The position numbers and the translations under genes are program-made. A DNA stretch of 64,000 nucleotides from Octopus sinensis (lineage: Eukaryota): assembly GCF_006345805.1 (NCBI RefSeq), contig NC_043007.1, forward strand, positions 31,000,001-31,064,000, written 5' to 3'. The notes beneath the pieces are model-generated. The model searched no databases, was not told the origin of the DNA, and saw nothing but the letters and a program-made list of their open reading frames with translations. The first letter of the stretch is position 1; each line of letters opens with the position of its first letter. Positions 14,101 to 25,200 of this stretch are shown piece after piece.

Positions 14101-17100
14101 GGCACCCATACCGGTGGCACATATACAGTACTGTTTGAACATGGCCGATGCCAGTGCTGCCTGACTGGCACCCATACCGGTGGCACATATACAGTACTGT
14201 TTGAACATGGCCGATGCCAGTGCTGCCTTGACTGGCACCCATACCGGTGGCACATATACAGTACTGTTTGAACATGGCCGATGCCAGTGCTGCTTGACTG
14301 GCACCCATACCGGTGGCACATATACAGTACTGTTTGAACATGGCCGATGCCAGTGCTGCTGACTGGCACCCATACGGTGGCAAATATACAGTACTGTTTG
14401 AACATGGCCGATGCCAGTGCTGCTTGACTGGCACCCATACCGTGGTGGCACATATACAGTACTGTTTGAACATGGCGATGCCAGTGCTGCCTGACTGGCA
14501 CCCATACCGGTGGCACATATACAGTACTGTTTGAACATGGCCGATGCCAGTGCTGCCTGACTGGCACCCATACCGGTGGCACATATACAGTACTGTTGAA
14601 CATGGCCGATGCCAGTGCTGCTTGACTGGCACCCATACCGGTGGCACATATACAGTACTGTTTGAACATGGCCGATGCCAGTGCTGCATGACTGGCACCC
14701 ATACCGGTGGCACATATACAGTACTGTTTGAACATGGCCGATGCCAGTGCTGCTTGACTGGCACCCATACCGGTGGCACATATACAGTACTGTTTGAACA
14801 TGGCCGATGCCAGTGCTGCTTGACTGGCACCCATACCGGTGGCACATATACAGTACTGTTTGAACATGGCCGATGCCAGTGCTGCTTGACTGGCACCCAT
14901 ACCGGTGGCACATATACAGTACTGTTTGAACATGGCCGATGCCAGTGCTGCTTGACTGGCACCCATACGGTGGCACATATACAGTACTGTTTGAACATGG
15001 CCGATGCCAGTGCTGCATTGACTGGCACCCATACGGCTGGCTGGCACATATACAGTACTGTTTGAACATGGCCGATGCCAGTGCTGCCTGACTGGCACCC
15101 ATACCGGTGGCACATATACAGTACTGTTTGAACATGGCCGATGCCAGTGCTGCATGACTGGCACCCATACCGGTGGCACATATACAGTACTGTTTGAACA
15201 TGGCCGATGCCAGTGCTGCCTGACTGGCACCCATACCGGTGGCACATATACAGTACTGTTTGAACATGGCCGATGCCAGTGCTGCCTGACTGGCACCCAT
15301 ACCGGTGGCACATATACAGTACTGTTTGAACATGGCCGATGCCAGTGCTGCATGACTGGCACCCATACCGGTGGCACATATACAGTACTGTTTGAACATG
15401 GCCGATGCCAGTGCTGCCTGACTGGCACCCATACCGGTGGCACATATACAGTACTGTTTGAACATGGCCGATGCCAGTGCTGCCTGACTGGCACCCATAC
15501 CGGTGGCACATATACAGTACTGTTTGAACATGGCCGATGCCAGTGCTGCCTGACTGGCACCCATACCGGTGGCACATATACAGTACTGTTTGAACATGGC
15601 CGATGCCAGTGCTGCCTGACTGGCACCCATACCGGTGGCACATATACAGTACTGTTTGAACATGCCGATGCCAGTGCTGCATGACTGGCACCCATACCGG
15701 TGGCACATATACAGTACTGTTTGAACATGGCCGATGCCAGTGCTGCCTGACTGGCACCCATACCGGTGGCACATATACAGTACTGTTTGAACATGGCCGA
15801 TGCCAGTGCTGCCTGACTGGCACCCATACCGGTGGCACATATACAGTACTGTTTGAACATGGCCGATGCCAGTGCTGCCTGACTGGCACCCATACCGGTG
15901 GCACATATACAGTACTGTTTGAACATGGCTGATGCCAGTGCTGCCTGACTGGCACCCATACCGGTGGCACATATACAGTACTGTTTGAACATGGCCGATG
16001 CCAGTGCTGCTTGACTGGCACCCATACCGGTGGCACATATACAGTACTGTTTGAACATGGCCGATGCCAGTGCTGCTGACTGGCACCCATACCGGTGGCA
16101 CATATACAGTACTGTTTGAACATGGCCGATGCCAGTGCTGCATGACTGGCTCCTATGCTGGTGGAATGTAAAAGGCGCCCACTACACTCTCGGAGTGGTT
16201 GGCATTAGGAAGGGCATCCAGCTGTAGAAATCATGCCAAATCAAGATTGGAGCCTGCTGCAGCCTCCCAGCTTACCAGTTCTCGGTCAAACCATGGTAGC
16301 ATGGAAAGGGATGTTTTACAATGATGATGATGATGATGATGATGATGATTATAGTAATATTCCATCCCATTTCAAAATTTCTTGTTATTGTTGGATAATG
16401 AATATTTTGTGTTTGATTTCTCTGCAGGAACTATTTTCTAGGATGGTTGATGGTAATTCCAGTTATCGAACAGAAGTCAGGTGAGTGTAACATGGGAGAA
16501 TGATCAACTGTTGGTAGAATTGATTTGGTGTTGTTCTTTTCTGTGTGTTGTCAGGTTGATAGGAGAGGCAGAGGGCAGAGATCAATATTCTGCATAGGTG
16601 CAGGTATGACCATGTGGTTAAGAAGAAGAATGCTTTCTAACCATAGGGTCTCAAGATCTGTCCCACTGTGTGGCACCTTGGGTAAATGTCTTCTTCTGTA
16701 GCTCTGAGCCAACCAAATCCTTATGAGTGGATTTGGTAAACAGAAAATCAAAGATGCCCATCATGTGTGTATGTGTGTGTGTGTATTTGTGTTGTCTTTT
16801 AACGAGAAAGAGTTTAATTATATTTTGGGAACTACATCTCATTCGCAGCTTTTTAGAAATTTACAACGAAAAAGTTCGAGATTTGCTGCAGAAAACTCAT
16901 GCTGATGATAAAGGCCTCCATACACTTCGAGTTCGAGAACATCCCAAAGACGGTCCTTACGTTCAAGGTAATGAGATCTTTGGTCTCTTTAACTAACTCT
17001 GTAGCTAAAAGAATAGACGCTCTAGAATTAAAATGGTCCTTAGATTAAAGGTGGTGAAAACCTCCTCCTCTTTTAGCTAAAAAAACATCAATTTTGTCTT

Positions 17101-20100
17101 TAATCTATGGGCACAGGCGTGACTGCATGGTTAAGAAGTTCGTTTCTAAGCTTTGTGGTCTTGAGTTCAGTCTCACTGCATAGCAGCTTGGGCAAGTGTC
17201 TTCTACTATAGCCCTGGGCTGACCAATGTCTTGTAAGTAAATTTGGCAGACGGAAACTGTGTAGAAGGCAAGCATGCATGTGTGTGTGTGTTTATATATA
17301 TATATATATATATAATCAGCGGTGGTGCCCCAGCATGGCCGCGGCCTTCGGGCTAAAACATTTTTAAGGATTTAAGGATATATATATATATATATGAGAG
17401 TTAAAGGAAATTTACCATAAAATACACCATCTGAAGGAACCAGCCTTGGAATTTCACATAGAGAAATTTGGTATCTGCCTGGATATTATATCCCACCTCT
17501 TACTATATATATATTTATATATATTATAATAATTATATACATAATTATAACAAGGGATTGGTTATAAGCCTCTTGGAGTTTTTAAGGTGGTATTAACGTC
17601 TTTTGGCGTCTATTTCTAGCACATGGAGAGGCTTATAGCCAATCCTTTGTTATAATTATGTATATAATTATTATGATATTTGTAAAATTCACCCATAAGG
17701 TTTTTATTTCCATACTGACCCCTTGGTAAAATCATTAATGATTTTTACCCTTTATTATAATATACATATATATATCGAAACACAGAGTAGATGAAACAGG
17801 GACAACTGAAGAAGGGGAATATTCTTTATGTTGCATGTCTCGTTTTTCTGTTTTTTTCGTTGTTTCAAAAAAAAGTTTGTTTCTATGTTTTTGTTTCTCA
17901 TTGTGTTCAACGTTTTTTTCATGTCCTGTACCCATATATGCATGTATATATACATATATATGTAGGTATGTACATATATGTATGTATATATGCATATATT
18001 TATATATATATTGTACTTTGAATGTACTGGAGTAAAAAAGCAAGTTAACCAGCCTATAAATAAAAATGTATAACAATACTCTCTCACATCAGGTAGATCT
18101 TAAAATGAATTTCTTATTCTTGTATTTCAGAGTTATCAAAGCATTATGTCCATAACTATGAGGACATTAAGAGCCTGATGGATTATGGTAATATTAACAG
18201 GTAAAATGCATTTCAGTTTCTCTGTAAAATGGTAAAATCATTTCTCAATTGATTCCAATGTATTGTTAGTTTTCTAGAATTTAGACAAGTTCAAGTGTAT
18301 TACATTCAAGCACAGCACTACACTCAATACACTTTGTAAAGTTGGTTGAATGATTCTTCCCTCATAATAAATTAATCTAATATTAATTTGATATTTATTA
18401 TTTTGGATGCTGGTGCCGTGTAAAAAGCACTGGTGATGGTGCCACATAAAAAGCACCCAGTGGCATTCTGTATAGTGGTTGGCATTAGGAAAGGGCATCC
18501 AGCCATAGAAACCTTGCCACAACGGATGACTGGAGGCTGGTACAGCTCTCCAACTTGCCAGCTCTGATCAGACCAACCTAATATTAACAGGTAAAATGCT
18601 TAGAAGATGCAAATATTATGACTGCATATTCAAAGTTATATAAATCTTGAATATAAACATCTTTTAAAAATACTATTCAGCCGATTTTACTTTAAAAACT
18701 AATAACAAAACATAAAAATGTTGACTATAAAACTTTTGGATGTAATTTTATTAAACACGTGAATATTTGTTATTAGGACAACAGCGGCCACCAATATGAA
18801 TGATGTTAGCAGTCGATCCCATGCTATATTTACCATACTTTTCACTCAGGTTAGAGCATTTTCTTTTATTATTTCTTAATAATCTTGACATTGTGAAGGT
18901 ACATGGACTAGTATTTGCTGGGTTCAATTTCTGGGCTGGGTAGCAGATTGTATTGGGTCAGATAAATTTATTTGTTTTTTTTTTCCCCCGTTTATTTAAT
19001 ATGCTTATTTTTCATCAACAATTTTAACAAATCAGTGATTCCTACCAGGCACAGGCATTGCTGTGTGGTATGAAGTTTGCTTCCTAACCGCATGGTTCTG
19101 GGTTCAATCCCAGTGTGTGGCACCTTGAGCAAGAGTTTTCTACCATAGCCTCAGGCTGGCCGAAACTTTGTGAGTGGATTTGGTAGACAGAAACTGAAAG
19201 AAGCCCATCATATGTGTGTGCGTGTCCGTGTGTCAGTGTTTGTCTCCTACCACCACGTGACAAACAGTGTTGGTGTGTTTATGTCCCCATAACTTAGCAG
19301 CTCAGCACAGGAGACCACTAGAATAAGCACAAGAGTTATTATTTTATTTTTTAAGTACAGGAGTTGATTCATTCAACTAAGATTCTTCAAGGCAGTGCCC
19401 CAGTATGGCCACAGTCTAATGACTGAAATAAGTAAGAGATAAAAAAAATTTTAATAAATGGAGAAAAAAAGGAATTTATCTGACAATCAATATTTTTGAG
19501 AAACTGGCATCCGTGCTAGCGGGGTGCAAAGAGCACCATACGAGGGTGATTGTTGACAGAGCGGCTAACAAGCTTCTGTGCCAGTGGCACATAAAAGGGC
19601 ACCATTCGAGTGTGATCGTTACCAGCGTCGCCTTACTGGCACCTGTGCCCGTGCTAGTAGGGTGCCAAGAGCACCATTCGAGCCTGATCATTGCCAGAGC
19701 AGCCAACTGGCTTCCGTGCCGGTGGCACGTAAAAGGGCACCATTCGAGCGTGATCGTTACCAACATCGCCTTACTGGCACCTGTGCCGGTGGCATGTGTA
19801 AAAAAAAAAAAAAGCACTTCATTTCACATTGTTCTGGTCTGCTCAGCAAAACTCAAGAAGCAGCCAGGTACTGGTGCACCCCTCCCCTCTATCTCATTAT
19901 TCCATCCTTGATCAAGAGTTGGAGGGCTGAAAGAGTAACTGTGTCTGCTTGTGACTACTTAAACTACCAAAACCAATTAGGGAAAGCATGGTACAGGCCT
20001 TAGCAAGCCATTCTCACTCCTGAGTGACTTCTGGGTGCATTGTATTATTTTGGCGTTCGCTCAAGACTTCTGCTAATTCCATTTCAGATATTTATCTTGC

Positions 20101-22240
20101 CAGTTCCACATAAAGAGCACCTCTGCCAGTGCCACTCACAAAGAACCTCTCACTGGTGCCACATAAAAGCACCAAGGACATTCTGTAAAATGGTTGGCAT
20201 TAAGAAGGACATCCAGCCATAGAAACATTTGTCAAAACAGACAATTGGAGCTTGGTGCAGCTCTCTGGCTTACCAGCTTCTGTCAAACCGTTCCACCCAT
20301 GTCAGCATGGAAAATGGACATTAAATGATGATGATGATGATGATGATGATTAATAGTTTTTTCACGTAATATAAGCCCCTACCACCACCACCACATATTT
20401 ATAAAAGCATATTTTTCTCTGCTGTTTTTTAGGCCAAGTTTGTTAAAGATATGCCAAGTGAAATCCACAGCAAAATTCATTTGGTTGATTTAGCTGGAAG
20501 GTAGGATGTTTTTACCACCTTCAATTTCATTCATAATTCTTTTTGTTAGTCAATAAATAGATCTATTCTGTCATTCATGATTCTTTTTGTTAGTCATTTA
20601 ACCCTTTAGCATTTGAACTGGCCACATCCAGCCGAAATATTCTACCTGTTTTATCTTTACACTGGTCACACCTTTGACCTCTTACATCTACCATTCATTG
20701 TCATTTTAAAAATAAACAAGGGCACTCAGAGAGTGCAAACCCCCACCAAGGCAACACCAATGTCCTCTCAACAATTAGCCAGAGATGATTTTTAAAATGG
20801 GAATATCTGAAATAAACCCAACTGCTCTCAGAAACGAGAATACTAATAATGAACCCGACCTCTCTCAAAAATTAAGTAAAGAAACCGGAAAAATAATCCA
20901 GAATCCTTGTCTGGTACTGGGTCGATCCCAAAATCTAATCAGTTCATGCCAGTCATGAGGCCAAACATCCCTGAAAGTTTCATCCGAATCCATCCAGTGG
21001 TTCTTGAGATATCTTGTCCACGGACAAACAAACAAATACAACTGAAAACAATATCTCCACCTTCAAAAAGGCAGAAGTAATAATCACATCATCGAAATCA
21101 CAAAGTTTTTAAATAATGCAGGATTAATTTTAAATGATGTGAATACATAAGCATTACGTTTGACAGTAATCTGAATGCTAAGGGGTTAATGAATAAATTC
21201 ATTCTATCATTCATAATTCTTTTTGTTAGTCAATTAATAAATAGATTTAGTCTCCCTTGTGCAGTCTAAGATAAACTGATAATATTATGAAGAGTCATAT
21301 TCTTTAATGTGTACAAGACATTTGGGCACGGCCATTCTGGTACCATGGATTTGGCATCACTGATTTGATGCTGACAAATTGACATCAGATGGTTTCATGT
21401 TTCTTTTATTCTAAAGTTTCTCTCTTTCTCTCTCTCCCTCCCTCACTCACTCACTCCCATGCTCTCTCCATGCCCCCTCCACCTTCTCTCCTCTATATGT
21501 GAGCATCTTTCTTTGTGAGTGGGTGAAGTGACCGAAAGTGTTTATGTCAATCACGTTTCTTCTCTCCCTTTCTTCTATCTCCATCTCTTCTTTCTCTCTC
21601 TTCTTTCTCTCTCTCTTCTTTCTCTCTCTCTTCTTTCTCTCTCTCTTCTTTCTCTCTCTCTTCTCTCTCTCTCTCTTCTCTCTATGTATATTTCTGCATA
21701 TGCGTGTGTGTGTGTATGTGTGTGTGTGTTTGCCTCCATTGCCAAAAAATACTGTCATCAAAACCGACCGAATGTCCAGTCCAGTCACACCATATTGCCA
21801 GCATTGTCCAAGACAGCCATGTCCTCCAATCATTTCATCCCATTCTTTATTATTCCCTAAACAATTCTGCAAATGGTTGGCTCCCTGGCTGCTGAGGCTT
21901 TTGTCGTTTGCCTCCAGTTCCTTAAATCAAACTTTACTGATGACATCCTTTGTTGTTTCTTTATTCAATTAATTCCTGTTTGTGCTGAAAATCCCTTTTC
22001 TTTTTCAAGTGAACGGGCCGATGCTACGGGAGCAACAGGACAACGACTTAAGGAAGGGGCCAGTATCAACAAGTCATTGGTTACGCTGGGTAATGTAATA
22101 TCAGTTTTAGGTAGGTTCTCTCTAACTGACAACTTCAACAATATTGAAGTAGCATCATCATCATCTTCATCTTCATCATCATCATCTTCATCTTCATCAT
22201 CTTCATCATCTACATCACCTTCATCATCATCTTCTTCATC

Positions 22241-22273
<33 letters not shown>

Positions 22274-25200
22274 GTCTTCATCATCATCTTCATCATCACC
22301 TTCATCATCATCTTCTTCATCATCATCTTCATCATCTTCGTCATCATTGTCATCTTCATCATCTTCATCGTCGTCTTCTTCATCATCATCATCATCCACT
22401 TTTCCATGCTTGCATGGGTTGGACAGAATTTGCTGAGGCAGACTTTCTCTGGTTGGATGCTCTTCCTATCACCGAACCTTTACTGGTTTCTGAGGAAGAT
22501 AATCCTTCCTCGTAACTTGACATGCTTCTGCAGAATATTGGAAACGAATGCCATTTATTTACAACAATCTAACAATGTCAAAACAAGGACGGACACACAC
22601 ACACACACACACACACGCATGCATGTGCATGCACACACTCATACACACGTGTACTTTGGCATAAAAGAGGGCATCCAGCTGTAGAAACCATGCCAAAACA
22701 GACCATTATTGAACCTGGTGCAGCTCCTGTCAAACTGTTCAACCCATACCAGTAAGGAGAACCTGTTAAATGATGATGGTGATGATGGGCTTCTTTCAGT
22801 TTCCATCTACCAAATCCACCTCCAGGGCTTTCATTGACCCTATAGTAGAAGACAATTTTCCCAGAGATTCTATAATATTGGTGAGAAAAGTGCAGTCACA
22901 GCCTTGTGGTTAAGAAGTTTGCTTTACAGTTATGGAGTTCCAAGTTCAGTTCCACTGTACAGGTATTTTCTACTGTAGCCTCTGGATGACCAGTGCTTTG
23001 TGAGTGGAATTTGGTAGATGGAAACTGTGAGGAAACCCTTTGTATGTAAAGTGCTCTTTTGCAAATGGTTATGTATATTTTTGTGTGTACCATTGTAAAA
23101 TAGTGTGTTTTAACAAAAAGTAACTTAGCCATTCAATAAGTAGAAATTGATAAAACAAATATTGCATTTTGGTTGGTGTTAGGAAGGGCATCCAGCTGTA
23201 AATTTCCTGCCAAAACAGTCACAGAAGTTTGTTAAGGCAAGAAACTGGCAGCATCATGAGAACATCAGACAAGATGTATTTCTTCTGGCATTCCATGTTC
23301 TGAGTTCAAATCCTGTTGAGGTCAGCTTTGCCTTTTATCCTTTTGGGGCTGGTAAAAAAGAAAATACCAGTCATGTGCAGGGGTTGATGTAATCAATTGG
23401 CACCATCATCATCATCATTGTTTAATGTCTGCTTTCCATGCTAGCATGAGTTGGACGATTTGACTGAAGACTGGTGAACCAGATGGCTGCACCAGGCTCC
23501 AATCTGATCTGGCAGAGTTTCTACAGCTGGGTGCCCTTCCTAATGCCAACCACTCCGAGAGTGTAGTGGGTGCTTTTACATGCCACCGGCACAGGGGCCA
23601 GTCAGGCGGTACTGGCAACAGCCATGCTGAGATGGTGTTTTTTACGTGCCACCTGCACAGGAGCCAGTCCAGTGGCACTGGCAACGACCTTGCTCAAATG
23701 TTTTTTTTCACAAGAGCCAGTGAGGTGACGCTGGTAACGATCACACTCAAATGGTGCCTCTTACGTGCCACTGGCACAGAAGCCAGTTAGCCGCTCTGGC
23801 AACGATCACGCTCGGATGGTGATCTTAGCGCTCCACTAGCACGGATGCCAGTCATCGAATTTGATTTCGATTTCAAAATTCCTGGTCTTGGACCCTGCAA
23901 CAGACCAGCATCTCATTCAGGGGAAATGTGACCTCTGTCACTTATACATCAAGGGAAACCTAGGAACCAGCCTAATGAGTTGGTTACTGGGTTTCCCTGT
24001 TCTTTCTTGAAATCATTGAATGTTTCATGTCTTCATACTTACAATTAACTGATTAATCTTCATTTCTTCTTTCATTACAGCCGAGATGTCTGAAAAGAAG
24101 GTAAAAAGCATTTTCATTCCATATCGGAACTCAGTTTTGACTTGGCTTTTAAAAGACAGTCTCGGTGGCAATTCAAGAACCATAATGGTTGCAAGTAAGT
24201 CGTATTGCTTCAACATTTATATTCGTGGCAGGGCAGGTGAGGGGCTGGAAATGAAAGGGGATGCTGGTTGTTGACGAAGATGCTAGGGGATGCTAGTTGT
24301 TAGAAGAAAGAGATGAAGTGATGTCAGGTGATGAAGCAAGCAATTTGAGCCTCTACATCTTTAGATGGACAGCTGTGGGGGAACAGACATTTTATCTAGT
24401 GGCCAGTAAATAGGATTGAGAGCCTTAGGGTCACACTAAAAGTTCCAGTGAACTATTGCGGATTTCCTACCTTACAAAATCATGACATTTTTTTGTCTTT
24501 TACACTTCAATATTTTATTTGTATCTAAGGTGGTGAACTGGCAGAATCATTAGCGCACCAGAAAAAAATGCTTAGCAGTATTTCATCTGTCTTTATGTTC
24601 TGAGTTCAAATCCTGCTGAGGTCATCTTTCAGGGTTGATAAAATAAGTACCAGTTGAATACTGGGGTTGATGTAATCAGCTCACCCCGTCTCCTGGCATT
24701 GCTGGCCTTGTGCCAATATTTGAAATCAGTGTTATGTTTCTGTTTCCCAATATTAGTGCTTGTTAAACATTTTTGGACTTTAAAGTTTAAATTTGCGCCT
24801 CAGACTCTTTTTAGATGCAAAGGGACATAATTCGATGCACTTTTTACACTTGTTTAACAGTGAGAACAGACACAGACAATGAAGCGCATGTATATGTGTG
24901 TGTGTGTGTGTGTGCACACACATACACACACACACATGCCTGCAACACATGTACATGTGCACACACACACACACACACAAGCCTGCTTCACACGTACACA
25001 CACACACAAGCCTGCTTCACACACACACAACACGTATACACACAGAAGCCTGCAAACACATATACACACACACAGAGAAATGCATGACAGTGACAGAAAT
25101 TTTAAATTCAGATTATTTCAAGAAAATTCTCATCAGAATTTGTTAAGGTTTCCCCACTGCCATAAATTAACCTTTGAATTCTATTCTACAGCCATATCTC

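Noticed and set aside
9433-16143. Three 2200-aa minus-strand ORFs and many + strand repeat ORFs as protein-coding genes
   Set aside because: They are translations of a 66-bp tandem unit lacking stop triplets on one strand. Indels swap the peptides between frames, there is no unique N- or C-terminal domain, and the region is an intron of KIF16B.
9460-16150. CRISPR array
   Set aside because: There are no unique spacers (units are contiguous and near-identical), no cas genes, and the context is eukaryotic.
9460-16150. Hammerhead-containing satellite (retrozyme-like)
   Set aside because: Neither strand of the unit has a CTGANGA...GAAA core.
21447-22436. Low-complexity ORFs (poly-Ser, poly-Asp, poly-Met, RERK repeats)
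   Set aside because: They arise from (CT)n and (TCA)n microsatellites; only 22010-22110 is a real exon.
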